A stretch of 64,000 nucleotides of DNA from Mobula hypostoma (Eukaryota): the NCBI RefSeq assembly GCF_963921235.1, contig NC_086108.1, forward strand, positions 23,188,001 to 23,252,000. Direction: 5' to 3'. The translations under genes were made by a program, and so were the position numbers. Each line of letters begins with the position of its first letter. Positions within the stretch are counted from its first letter, which is position 1. Positions 1 to 13,291 of this stretch are shown here, piece after piece. A model generated the notes under the pieces. The model did not search any database and was not told the origin of the DNA. It saw only the letters and a list, made by a program, of their open reading frames with translations.

Positions 1-39
1 TGCAGAACAGGGAATATATATCCTTACTAATCTAATGGA

Positions 40-327
40 ATCATAGAGCCATACAGCACTGACACAGACACTTCAGCTCATTCCGAACCTGACAACCATC
101 AAGCTCCCAGTTGACCCTACCTCCACAATACCCTAAAATTTCTCCCAAATTATATCACTCACCGACACAGTTTGGACTGTGGGAGGAAACCAGTGCACCT
201 GGGGCGGGGTGGGGGAAACACTTGAGGTGACAGTCGGAAAGTGCAAACCCCACTCAGACAGCACTAGAGATTGGGTTTGAACCTAAGGAACTGCAGCTGT
301 GGAGCAACAGTCCTACCAACTCTATGG
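40..327 (-). mobile_element. Degraded tRNA-derived SINE (HE1/V-SINE-like)
   Basis: tttggactgtgggaggaaaccagtgcacc...gtgcaaaccccactcagacagcac...gggtttgaacc is the reverse complement of the SINE body seen at 5240 and 58150. Confidence 0.7.
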
Positions 328-2915
328 CCGTCCTACCCACCTATCTACATAAAACCAGTGCCGTCCTCCCCATCTCTCTACATAAAACCAGTGCCGTCCT
401 CCCCATCTCCCTACATAAAACCAGTACTGTCCTCCCCATCTGTCTACATAAAACCAGTGCTGTCCTACCCATCTAACTACATAAAACCAGTGCTGTCCTC
501 TCCATCTCTCTACATAAAACCAGTGCCGTCCTCCCCATCTCCCTACATAAAACCAGTACCGTCCTCCCCATCTGTCTACATAAAACCTGTGCCATCCTAC
601 CCATCTAACTGCATAAAACCAGTGCCGTCCTCTCTATCTCTCTACATAAAACCAGTGCCGTCATCCCCATCTCTCTACATAAAAGCAGTCCCGTCCTCCC
701 CGTCTAACTACATAAAACCAGTGCCGTCCTCCCCATCTATCTACATAAAACCAGTGCCGTCCTCTCCATCTATCTACATAAAACCAGTGCTATCCTCTCC
801 ATCTCTCTACATAAAACCAGTGCCATCCTCTCCATCTCTCTACATAAAACCAGTGCCGTCCTACCCATCTATGTACATAAAACCAGGGCCGTCCTCTCCA
901 TCTCCCTACATAAAACCAGTGCCATCCTCCCCATCTATCTACATAAAACCAGTGCCGTCCTCTCCATCTCTCTACATAAAACTAGTGCCGTCCTCCCCAT
1001 CTATCTACATAAAACCAGTGTCGTCCTACCCATCTAACTACATAAAACCAGCGCCGTCCTACCCATCTAACTACATAAAACCAGCGCTGTCCTACCCATC
1101 TAACTACATAAAACCAGCGCCGTCCTCCCCATCTAACTACATAAAACCAGCGCCGTCCTACCCATCTATCTACATAAAACCAGTGTCGTCCTACCCATCT
1201 AACTACATAAAACCAGCGCCGTCCTACCCATCTAACTACATAAAACCAGCGCTGTCCTACCCATCTAACTACATAAAACCAGTGTCGTCCTACCCATCTA
1301 ACTACATAAAACCAGCGCTGTCCTACCCATCTGTCTACATAAAACCAGTGCCGTCCTACCCACCTATCTACATAAAACCAGTGCCATCCTACCCACCCGT
1401 CTACATAAAACCAGTGCTGCCCCACCCACCCATGTACATAAAACCAGTGCCACCCCACCCACCCGTCTACATAAAACCATTGCCGACTTCCCCATCTCTC
1501 TACATAAAACCAGTACCGTCCTCTCTATCTCTCTACATAAAACCAGTGCCGTCCTCCCCATCTCTCTACATAAAACCAGTGCCATCCTCCCCATCTGTCT
1601 ACATAAAACCTGTGCCGTCCTACCCATCTATCTACATAAAACCAGTGCCATCCTACCCATCTAACTACATAAAACCAGTGCCGTCCTCCCCATCTATCTA
1701 CATAAAACCAGTGCCGTCCTACCCATCTCTCTACATAAAACCTGTGCTGCCCCACCCACCCATGTACATAAAACCAGTGCCACCCCACCCATCTCTCTAC
1801 ATAAAACCATTGCCGACTTCCCCATCTCTCTATGTAAAACAAGTGCCGTCCTCCCCATCTCTCTACATAAAACCAGTACCGTCCTCTCTATCTCTCTACA
1901 TAAAACCAGTGCCGTCCTCCCCATCTCTCTACATAAAACCAGTGCCGTCCTCCCCATCTCTCTACATAAAACCAGTGCCGTCCTCCCCATCTGTCTACAT
2001 AAAACCTGTGCCGTCCTACCCATCTAACTACATAAAACCAGTGCCGTCCTCCCCATCTATCTACATAAAACCAGTGCCGTCCTACCCATCTATCTACATA
2101 AAACCAGTGCTGCCCCACCCACCCATGTACATAAAACCAGTGCCACCCCACCCACCCGTCTACATAAAACCATTGCCGACTTCCCCATCTCTCTATGTAA
2201 AACAAGTGCCGTCCTCCCCATCTCTCTACATAAAACCAGTGCCGTCCTCTCCATCTATCTACATAAAACCAGTGCTGTCCTACCCATCTGTCTACATAAA
2301 ACCAGTGCCGTCCTCTCCATCTCGCTACATAAAACCAGTGCCGTCCTCCCCATCTCTCTACATAAAACCAGTGCTGTCCTCTCCATCTCTCTACATAAAA
2401 CCAGTGCCATCCTCCCCATCTAACTACATAAAACCAGTGCCGTCCTCCCCATCTCTCTACATAAAACCAGTGCCGTCCTCCCCATCTCTCTACATAAAAC
2501 CAGTGCTGTCCTCCCCATCTAACTACATAAAACCAGTGCCGTCCTCCCCATCTATCTACATAAAACCAGTGCCGCCTTACCCATCTAACTACATAAAACC
2601 AGTGCCGTCCTCCCTATCTAATTACATAAAACTAGTGCCGTCCTCCCCATCTAACTACATAAAACCAGTGCAGTCCTACTCATCTATCCAGATAAAACCA
2701 GTGCTGTCCTACCCACCTATCTAGATAAAGCCAGTGCTGTCACACCAATCTATCCAATGCTGTCCTACCCATCTATCCAGATAAAAGCAGTGCTGTCCTG
2801 CTCATCTATCCAGATTAATCCAGTGCTATCCTACTTGTCTATCCGGATAAAACCAGTGCTGGTCTACCTGTCTATCCAGATTATTTCAGTGCTGTCTTAC
2901 CTGTCAATCTGCATA
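328..2915. repeat. 33-bp minisatellite, about 78 units, consensus CTACATAAAACCAGTGCCGTCCTCCCCATCTCT, with higher-order blocks and a diverged right end
   Basis: Directly visible tandem array. The unit length is a multiple of 3, which produces the 817-aa YIKPVPSSPSL ORF. Confidence 0.97.
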
Positions 2916-5239
2916 ACCAATGCCAGTGAAAGATTTCAAATAATTTGTGCTCCAGTCACCAAATTGCCAGCAACACACATCAAAGTTGCTTGAATTTCCA
3001 GCATCTGCAGAATTCCTGTTGTTTACCAAATTGCCAGGCCATTTTATCCACAGAGAAGCCTGCAGAGGTTGGTATTTTTATTTCACCAAGTTCATTGACT
3101 CGACTTTGAGAGGAAATTTATTCTTGGAGAATTTGGCAGCAGCATGTAAAGACTGATCTTTAAAATCCTTGACTCTCTTCCAGGCCTAGCTGCTCAGAAA
3201 CAAGCATGACATAATTTAGCCGACATTCATTCACCTGGACAGCAGGGCATAATTATTTCAGCAGATCATGAGCTTGTCACATCAGCACGTGCACTGCAGG
3301 AGCAAATATTTTCACTGCAGTGTACAATGTGCCCCTTGAGTTTTATTGAAGCCTTGCAGTTGGAAGAGTGGGCGCTTACTGAAGGCAGTTTCCAGGAGTA
3401 TAATTCACTGGCTGACAGGCTTCCCCCTGCTGTACTGAAAATTCATTGAGGCTCTTCTATGGAAAGATAGGCTTTGACAGATATGGTCGGGGATGAATAC
3501 TCTTGCAGCAATGCTGGATGTGTGTTAGCTGCTGTTGATGGGAGAATGGCAGAATATTGGGCAGACTGTGTATCTAATGTACATGTAAACTCAATAAGGC
3601 AGATTGTTTGACCGCATCATCTGCCACAACCTGCTTGCAGCTTGATCTGATAAACTTACCCGTGGTACAGTACAGATCCCACCTACTGTTCCTTTCAAGA
3701 AGCATCTGACAGTATATCACACAATCAATGACTTGGCAAATTTGATTTCTGTGGACTTAATGATCGAGAATGAAATTGGCTGCAAATCAGAGAGCAGAGA
3801 GTAATAATGAACTGCGCATTAGATCAGAGACAAATATACAGTGGCGTCTCCAAGCAATGGTATCAGGAGTACTGCACAACTTGAATCACTTCTCTCTTGA
3901 GATAGGGTTTCAAATGATGCAAGGCTTGGAACAGTCTTTCAAGAAAAGGCAGAGCAGAGTGGTGAAAAGGATAGGCATCTAGCAGGTAGAATCAGTGCGG
4001 GGTTGAGTGGGCTAGACTTTTACCCGTGTCACTGAATGTTCTAGAATGGTCGGGTGTGCCAGTGATGGAGGAAAGCAAAGAGGGCCTTGCCATGTGGTGG
4101 CATTGAATTATTGAAAGTCAGACTTGGTAATGCCTTGCTTGGTTAAATAGTATCCAGCTTATTTCAGTTTTCAAATACTACCTTATTCTGGAGCGTAAAA
4201 GCAAACCTGGATTCTAAATCCTGAATGGAAGATGAATCTTTATGCATCAAGGAGTGGGCAATAATATCAGTTTTGTTAAGTTGTATGATTGGCCTTTGTA
4301 CCTTAAGTTATTTGAATAACAAAAGTGACAGATGATGTGAATCTGAAAACAAAACAGTAACTGTTGGAAACAGTTCTCAGGGAAGGCAGTATATGTGGAC
4401 CTGAGCTCATCAGATCCAGAGTCCGAATCTCAGTGCGATGAATGTATGTTCAGTCTGCCTGATGAAGGGCGTTTCATCTTGTAGGATCTGTGCATGAAAA
4501 TTGGTCCCTTGAGTCAGATCCCCATGAGGCTTCAGCTCCAGTGAACTTGTGTTCCAGCAAGGCGTTGAGAGATCCTGAACTGTGGCTGGCCTGTCCTGAG
4601 ATTGAACTGCAGGGTAATACAAAGGGTAGCTCTCTTGCTGAAATAGTAACTCTTAGGTATTGGAGCACCTTGTCATTTGGGCTCTTGATTTGGCCGACTT
4701 GGGAATGGAGGCCACCAGGTGGTCTGATGCTACTCGAAACTGCTTTGTCACTCAGGCACCCATGGTGACCCCACTAGTCATTCTCTGCCAATTGTGCCCA
4801 TCTCAGCTAGTTGCTAGCCACTTGCCATAATGAGGCTTCTCTATACAACTTCAGTCATTTACCTACTTGGTGTGTCTAAGGGCATACAGAACACTCTACT
4901 ATTACCTTGCTTTTCTCTTGTTGCCTGGTTCTGTTGTTCCAGTGGAGAGGACCAAGCTATTGACATTGATTAACTTGAAGCAGTCACTGATGATTCTGCA
5001 ACCTATACTGGGTGCAGAGTTAGTAGCTTTTGTGCAGGTAGAGCTTTACCAAACTGGACAAGTACACTTAACCTCGGAGTGATACAGTTGAGAAATTGTG
5101 GGTGGGTGTGCTCTCAATCTGAGTTTGCAAATTTCTGGATGGTGTTACTTTGCGCAATAACTTTTCTTTCTATCTTCTTAATGAGCACATGAGTATTTCA
5201 GTGTCATGCCAAATTAAACTGGAGTCGTGCAGCAGGACT

Positions 5240-5590
5240 GTGTCAGTAGCACTGCCAGCTGAACTGCTGCTTCACGGTGCCAGAGAACTGGGTTTAATCC
5301 TTACCTTGGGGGCTGTCTGTGTGGAGTTTGTACAATCTCTCTGTGACCATGTGGATTTCCCCTGGGGGATCCAGCTCCCCCACTCCCAACAGTCCATTAA
5401 CTTGTGGATGTTTGCGTAACTGGCCACTGAATTATCACTAGTGTGACAGGGAGTGGTGGAATCTGGGGGTGGGGGGAGTTGATGTGAATGTTGTGAAAGA
5501 GGTTAATGTAGCACTGGGGTGAATGTATGGTTGATGCTGCCAAAGCCTCAGCAGACTGTCCTGTGCTGTATGGTTTTATGATTTCATAAC
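5240..5590 (+). mobile_element. tRNA-derived SINE (HE1/V-SINE-like)
   Basis: B-box-like gggtttaatcc, then gctgtctgtgtggagtttgtac...ctctgtgaccatgtggatttcc, and a CR1-like tail ctgtgctgtatg. Confidence 0.7.
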
Positions 5591-5762
5591 TCTATTCCTC
5601 ATCATGGTCCTGGAATTTTTTCCAATAGCCTATCCTCATTCCCACCATCCACTAAGTATACCCTTGAGATGGGAGGGAGGAAAGAATACACAAGAGAATG
5701 AGGAAAGAGGAGTTGGAAGGAGCCTCTTGTCCCCTCAAGCCTGCCCCACCAGTCAATAAGAT

Positions 5763-8700
5763 CATAAGACATAGGAGCAGAATTAGGCCATTTAGCCCAT
5801 CAAATCTGCTCCACCATTCAATCATGGCTGATCCTTTTTCCCCTCCTCAACCCCGTTCCCCGGCCTTCTCCCGTAACCTTTGATGTTGTGTCCAATTAGA
5901 ACCTATCAATCTCTGCTTTAAATGCACCTGGCGATTTGGCCTCCACAGCTGCCTATGGTAATGAATTCCACAAATTCACCACCCTCTGGCTAAAGAAATT
6001 TCTCTGCATCTCCGTTTTAAATGGATGCCCCTCTATCCTGAGGCTGTGCCATCTTGTCCCAGACTCCCCCATCATGGGAAACATCCTTCCACATCTACTC
6101 TGTCTAGGCCTTTTAACATTCGAAAGGTTTCAGTGAGATCCTCCTCATCCTTCTAAATTTCAGCGAGTACAAACCCAGAGCATTCAAACGTTCCTCATAT
6201 GATAACCTTTTCATTCCTGGAGTCATTCTTGTAAACCTCATCTGGACCCTCTTCAATGCCAGCACATCTTTTCTTAGATGAGGAGCCCAAAACTGTTCAC
6301 AATACTCAAAATGAGGCCTCACCATCACATCCCTGCTCTTGTACTCAAGACCTCTTGAAATGAATGCTAACATTGCACTTGCCTTCCTCAGCACCAACTC
6401 TACCTGCAAGTTAACCTTTAGGATGTTCTGCGCATGGACTCCAAAGTCCCTTTGCATTTCAGATTTTTGGATTTTCTCCCCGTTTAGAAAATAGTCTGCA
6501 CATTTAATTCTACTACCAAAGTGCACGACCATGTATTTTCCAACATTGGATTTCATTTGCCACTCTCTTGCCCATTCTCTTAATCTGTTTAAATCCTTCA
6601 GCCCACCCGTTCCCTCAACACTACCTGCCCCTCCATCAATCTTCGTATCATTTGCACACTTGTCAACAAAGCCATCTATTCCATTATCTAATTCATTGAT
6701 ATACAGTATAAAAAGAAGTGGTCCTAACACCGACCCCTGTGGAACTTCAGTAGTCACTGGCAGCCTCCTACCAATCAGCCAATGCTTTAATCATGCCAGT
6801 AACTTTCCTGTAATACCATGTGGCCCCTAACTTGGTAAGCAGCCTCATGTGTGGCACCTTGTCAAAGGCCTTCTAAAAGTCCAAATATACAACATCCACT
6901 ACATCCCCTTTAACACTCCTACATGTAAAAGATTTCCAACAGGTTCCTTAGGCAAGATTTTCCCTTAAGCAAACCATGCTGACTTTGTCCTATCTTGTCG
7001 TGTATCACCAAGTACTCCATAACCTCATTCTTAACAATTGACTCCAACATCATTGACCCCATTGAGGTCAGGCTAACTGGTCCATAATTTCCTTTCTGCT
7101 GCCTCCCTCCTTTTTTAAAGAGTAGAGTGACATTTGGAATTTCCAGGCCTCTGGCACCATGCCAGAATCCAATGATTTCTGAAAGATCATTGCTAATGCC
7201 TTCACAGTCTCTAACGCTACCTCTTTCGGAATCCTAGGGTGCAGTTCATCCTGTCTGGGTGACTTATGTACCCTTAGGTCTTTTAGCTTTTTGAGCACAT
7301 TCTCCCTTGTAAGAGTAAATGCACTCACTTCTCTTCCTTCACACTCTACAACATCTGACACACTGCTAGTGTCTCCCACGGTGAAGATTGATGCAAAATA
7401 CTCATTCAGTTCATCTGCCATCTCCTTGTCCCCCATTATTATTGTTTCTCTGGCCTCATTTTCTTATGGTCCTATATCCACTCTCATCTTTTATTTTTTA
7501 CATACTTGAAAAAGCTTTTACTGTCCACTTTGATATTGTTTGCTTGGTTGCTTTTATATTTCATCCTTTTCCCTTCTAATGATTCTTTTAGTTGCTCTCT
7601 GTAGTTTTTAAAAGCTTCCCAATCCTCTGTCTTCTCACTATCTTTTGCTTTGTTGTATGCTCTCCCTTTTGTTTTTACATTAGCTTTGACTTCCCTTGTC
7701 AGCCATGGTTGGACTATTTGCCATTTGAGTATTTCTTTGTTTTTGGAATATATCTGTCTTGAACCTTCCTTATTTTTCCCAGAAACTCAAGCCATTGCTG
7801 CTCTGCTGTCATCCCTGCCAGCATTTCCTTTCACTTATTAGTAGGCTCAATAACAAACTGTTCTAAGAAACCATCTCACAGGTATTCAGCAAACTCACTC
7901 TCTTGAGATCCATTACCAACCTGATTTTCCCAATTGGCATGCATGTTAAAATTTCCCCATGACTATCATAACATTGCCCTTTTGACACCTCTTCTCCATG
8001 TCCCATTGTAACCCGTGGTCCACTTCCCAGCTACAGTAGGGAGGTCTGTATATGACTGTCATCAGGGACCTTTTACTCTTGCAGCTTCTTAACTTAATCC
8101 ACAAGGATTCAACATCTTCTGATCCCATGTCACATACTTCTACTGATGTGATGCTATTTTTTACCAGCAGAGCCACGCCACCCCCTCTGCCTACCTTCCT
8201 ATCCCTCCAAAACAATGTGTAACCCTTGACATTCAGATCCCCACTACAACCATTCTTCAACCCCGATTCAGTGACGGCTACAACATCATACCTGACAATC
8301 TGTAATAGTGAAACAAGACCATCCACCTTATGTCTTTTACTCCGTGCATTGATATAGAACACTTTGAATGTTGTATTTGCTACCCTTTTTGATTTTGTAT
8401 CTCTAATGCACTGATACTCACCCTGCTGGCTGCAATTTTGTCCTATCCTCTGCCTGCCTTTTCTGAGAGTCTGACTGCACACTATCTTTGTTTTTTTTTA
8501 ACCATCTGTCCTATCCTGAGTCCCTTCATTCCTGTTCCCACCCTCCTGCCAAATTAGCTTCAACCCTTCCCAACAAACCTGCCTGCAAGAATGTTGGTCC
8601 CCTTCGGGTTTGGGTGCAAACCATCCCTTTTGTGCAGGTCATAGCTCCCTCAAAAGGGATCCAAATGATTCAAGAACCTGAAGCCCTGCCCCTGCACCAA

Positions 8701-8850
8701 CTTTGCAGTCACGCATTTATTTGCCAGATCAACTTGTTTCTACCCTCACTCACACGTGGTACAGGTAGCAATCCAAAAATACTATCCTGGAGGTCCTACT
8801 TCTCAGCTTTCTGCCTAGCTCTCTAAATTCTCTCTTGCGGACCTCATTGC
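5763..8850 (-). mobile_element. Decayed CR1 (HER1-like) LINE: ORF1 esterase C-terminus, AP endonuclease, RT and 3' tail
   Basis: RT fragments VPQGSVLGPLLF...ANDTK and PRQDELHPR (6113-7436). Endonuclease YINARS...VAVTES...IYRPP (7946-8482). The minus strand of about 8600-8720 reads CRGQGF-like...DLHKRDGLHP, the SGNH esterase DxxH motif. Tail cataagacataggagcagaa at 5763. Frameshifts and internal deletions are present. Confidence 0.9.
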
Positions 8851-9769
8851 TGATTCAGGAAATCATGGCTGATTTGCCTCGGGCATCAACTCCTTCTCTT
8901 TGTCACATCCTGTTAGCCTTCAGTCCCCAATCTTTCACAAAGCAAATGAATGAACAGAGGAATGAAGTGATGTGCAGATATTCTTTGTGAGGTATAAGAG
9001 CACTTCAGAAGCTTGCCTTCTCTGCTTAATCTGTGGTGGTGAAATCTGAAACAGCACATTCAGTAAGCCCGCCCACTATGGATGCCCTCAGTCATGTCTC
9101 TAATGGATTCACATTACTTGGCAATAGGTTGTCTTCCTTGATTAAGTGCATTACAACACTTGTTGGCCACAGATGGATGGATGCATTTTTCGTGTTGTTC
9201 AACTCTGTCCTACTTGCGTAAAACGCAGGAGCTAATTTCCTCCTGTACTTAGTCCCCAGAGCTGCCTGATTTAGCATTCTGGGAAAAAAAACTGTAGAGT
9301 AATAATTTGTCCCTGTGCCAGTATAAATATCTATCTCCCCTGACTGCCCGGTGCCGTGAATATATATAGAACTGGAAAAGGTATCTATGTTACCCCTGGA
9401 TAGTGTTAGGGCTGGATGCCGAATTGCTGACAGTTGAAATTTATTGTTCTTCTGGTAACATTTGCAGTGCCAGAATTCCAGTGAGATGGAAATAGAAACA
9501 ATTCAGGTTACTTTAAACAATAGACTGGATTTGAGCTCTTCATTCCTTCCAAGTTTGGTCTTCACTAAAGAAGGATTCAACCCAATAAACATTGGTTAAA
9601 AGCACAGTCATAGACAAAGGAGGCGCCACTGCCAAATGTCTACTCAGGCCTGCTTTGGCAACGTGTTTTTTTTTGCATCTGTGTTGAATTTTTTAACATT
9701 TTAATTAATTTTATATTGTGTTATTAATGATGGTCAATGTGGAAGATCAGATTAATTATTTATCAAGAA

Positions 9770-11830
9770 GGAAGCTGTTCTTAAACATAGTGATCGTATC
9801 TGATTCCACCACATCCCTGACAGCAAGTTCCAGATATCACCGTTCCTCAAATATCCTTTAAAACTCCTTTCTATTATTTAAAGTCAATGCTTCTGCTACC
9901 CCTACCATGGGAAAAAGAATTTGAATATCTCTCCTATCTATTCCCCTCATAACTCTATATGCCTCTATCAGCTCCTTTGCTCCAAGGAAAAGAGGCTCAG
10001 GCGATACAACCTCAGCTTCTAACTAAAGTTACAATCTAGGCGAATCTCCTCTGCCCTCTCAGTGTACTTATCCTATAATGTGGCAACTAGAACTACACAT
10101 AGTACCTCATGTGCAATCTAACCAGTGTTTTATAACAGCGGCCCCCAACCACCGGGCCGCAGACCGGTACCGGCCGCGAGGAAACGATATGATTTGGCGA
10201 TATGAGTCAGCTGCACTTTTCCTCATTCCCTCTCACGCCCACTGTTGAGCTTAAACACACGCGAGCTCGTTACCCACGCGTCATCCATGTCAGCGCGGGA
10301 AGGAGATCAACTCCTCGAGCTTGCGAATGACGGTGGGCTGAAAAGTATGTTCAACATAACAGCTCTGCCGGCATTCTGGATCAAAGTCAAGGCTAAGTAT
10401 CCTGAGATAACCACAAAAGCACTGAAAATGTTGCTTCCATTTCTAACATATCTCTGCAATGAATGCAACGAAAACTAAATTGCGGAATAGACTGGATATA
10501 AGGAAACCCCTTCGAGTATTGCTGTCTCCCACCACCCCTCGATGGGACCGTCTTGTCAGGGAAACAAGTACTCAGCCCAGGGCTCCCACTGATTCAGTGA
10601 TATTGGTGCGTTGCAATGATTTTGTATGTTCATACAGGGAAAATATGCGCTGTATATTTAATATCCAAACGTTACTTAAAATGTTATGAAGTTATTGACT
10701 TATAAGTGACTGATATAATCATATAACAATTACAGCATGGAAACAGGCGATCTCTGCCCTTCTAGTCCGTGCTGAACGCTACTCTCACCTAGTCCCACCG
10801 ACCTGCACTCTGCCCATAACCCTCCATTCCTTTCCTGTCCATATAGCTATCAAATTTTTCTTTAAATAATAATATCGAACCTGCCTCTACCACTTCTACT
10901 GGAAGTTCGTTCAACACTTACTTCAAGCTCCCCTGTCCTCCCCTGATAATCGACTTACCACTATATTCATGCGAGGAAATATGCGCTGTGTGTTTCATAT
11001 TAAATTTGTTAGATAAACCCTTTTAGAAACAAAATTGAGTGTATTAGCCACTTATCACCTATATTCCGGTCGTGATTAACACCCCACCCCGAACAGAATC
11101 GCCAAAAATGATTTGCAGAAAAGAAATCGGCATGTGCACGCATGCGCACACAGGTGTCTGCGCAAGTCTTCATGGTCATTGCAGTCTTTCTCGGGATAAG
11201 CACAACATATTTGACTGCTACTCTTGTCCGTTGGCAACCCTACCCTACCCCCGCTTCGGTCGGCCGGTCTGCAAGAATATTGTCAATATGAAACCAGTCC
11301 GCAGTGCAAAAACAGTTGTGGACCCCTGTTTTATAAAGTTGCAAAATAACATCCCAGCTCTTATGTTGTGCCCAACCTAGGAAGGGAAGCATGCATTATG
11401 TCTCTTTGCTGCCTATTGACCTGTGTTGCTAGATTCAGGGAACTATGAATTTGTACCCCAAAGTCATCTGTTCACTGACATTCCCTAGTGTTCTGCCATT
11501 TACTTTGAATTTTTCACCCATATTTGAGTACTGATCTCTCAAACTCTGATAGAAGGCTTGCTGGCGTATTTTTACCTGGGTTATCCCTGATGCACTTCCT
11601 TAAATAAAGGAACAATGTTAGCTATTCTTCAGTCTTCTATCTCCTCATCTATGGCTAACTAAGATGCAAAAATCTGTGTCAGCCTCTTAGCTATCTCCTT
11701 CCTTGCTTCTCATAACAGCAAGAGATAGACCTCATCATCTTCTGGGTGCCATCAACCCTTGTGTATCCCATGACATCTAAGTCCTCCTCCTCCTCAATAC
11801 TGACCTGTTCCAGGTTATCCCTCTCCCCTT
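9770..11830 (-). mobile_element. Old CR1-like LINE remnant, interrupted by a hAT element
   Basis: LINE sequence aactacacatagtacc...accagtgttttataa continues as agttgcaaaataacatccc after position 11336. Confidence 0.65.
10136..11328 (+). mobile_element. Non-autonomous hAT (Charlie/Buster-like) DNA transposon with transposase C-terminal remnant
   Basis: Perfect 8-bp TSD TTTTATAA (10128-10135 and 11329-11336). Imperfect terminal inverted repeats (TIRs) CAGCGGCCCCCAACC / CAGGGGTCCACAACT. Peptide FWIKVKAKYPEITTKALKMLLPF...TKTKLRNRLDI at about 10300-10560 resembles the hAT dimerisation region. Confidence 0.9.
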
Positions 11831-11899
11831 TCATTAACTTACCATCCAGCAGGTGGAACAGTCTTTGTTTCAGTTCCACATGGGTCTATAGCCTCAACA

Positions 11900-13120
11900 C
11901 TTTTTCTGGCACGTAGGTGAATACATTAGTGCTATTTCCAGCTTTCAGAGAGAATCTGAAAATTTAATTACTGCACGACCATTTTCCATCCTGATCTCAT
12001 CTTACATGGTCTGATGGACTTTTCCCTTTCTAGATCTCTCCACGTTTATCTCAGAAGAGAGACGAGTCACTTACATCCATTGCATACACCCACAGCTATT
12101 TTGAATATATTTTCTCCCATTCTGCCCATTCCATTCACCAAGTTCATCTGCCTCCATCACATTTGCTCTGATGACGAGACTTTACACATAGCTGCCTCTG
12201 AAATGTCTTTTTTTCTTTCTTAACTGTGGCTTCCCATTGAGCTTAGTGGATGGAGCTCTTATCTTATCCCATCCATTTCCCACGCCCCTCCTCTCACTCA
12301 TTCTCCTCCTGGGCTCTAGACACAGCAACAACAGAGCTTTCCTGCTCCTCATCTTCCCCCTCAACAAATTCTGTATTTAACAGTCATCCTTCACAATTTC
12401 CACCAGCTGTAACAAGGTTCCAGCACCAAACACAACTTCCATTTTGTCCCCTTTCAGTATTTCAAAGGGATCACTCCCCTCATGACTCTCTGATCTGTAC
12501 TCCTGTCCCAGCCTGCCTCTTTCTGACTTATGGTACTTGACCTTTCACATATTGCCTTCTTACCATTCAGGATCCCAAACAGTTTCTCCAGCTAAGGCAG
12601 TGATTCACTTGTACTTCTTCCAGACCCATTAACAATGTGGCCTTCTCTACATTGGTGAAACCAAGAGCAGATTGGGCAAATGCTTTGTGGATCAAGGTGT
12701 TCAGTCTGCGGGAGTGACTGTAAGCTTCCTGTTAATTCTCCATCCCACTCCCCTTCTGATTCTTGTTACAACAAGGCCCAACACGAGTATGAGGAAATGC
12801 TGTCTGTCATTATTTCCTACTTCAGTTCGGATGTTCTCTCCCTACTGGTATTGTCTATCCTGCAAGAAATATCCCACAGCCCTGCTATTGCAACAAATAA
12901 CAGGGAGAAAGAGACATAATGTTTTCTCACTGGAACAATAGCCCATTGGTCTCAACTCTCCAGAGATATTCCCTTCACCTGGCACCCCCTTCCCTAATAT
13001 TTTTTCTCTTGTCCCCAGCTCAGACTCAGGCTGTCAGTCCTGAAATGGTGCCATTGTTTCACTTTCCATGGATGCTGCCTGACCTGCTGATTCTTTCTAG
13101 CAATTTATGTTTTGATATTA
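11900..13120 (+). mobile_element. Highly decayed Penelope-like element 3' portion
   Basis: IPFTKFICLHHICSDDETLH and ctctacattggtgaaacc (LYIGET) parallel the younger copy at 18450-19020. The same terminal gatgctgcctgacctgctga motif is present. Confidence 0.75.
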
Positions 13121-13291
13121 GATGTTGAGTATTAGCCATTAAAAAAAATGTTTGCACTCTGTGTTTGATTTATGTTCTTGAGTGTAAATCCATGACCCAT
13201 TTTAGATTTGATGTGCAGTACTTGTAGGGACAGGTCTGTCATTGTATATAGCACTATGGTACAAACTATTGGGGATGGGTCTGTAACAGTA

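Noticed and set aside
982..2205. Trp/Arg-rich minus-strand ORFs
   Set aside because: Antisense translations of the 3n-length minisatellite.
328..2915. CRISPR array
   Set aside because: The 33-bp units are contiguous with no unique spacers, there are no cas genes, and the context is vertebrate.
5240..5320. tRNA genes at SINE heads
   Set aside because: Only degenerate A/B boxes, no cloverleaf, and continuous with SINE bodies.
10245..10689. Domesticated ZBED/FAM200-like host gene
   Set aside because: Frameshifted fragment within a TIR- and TSD-bounded transposon.
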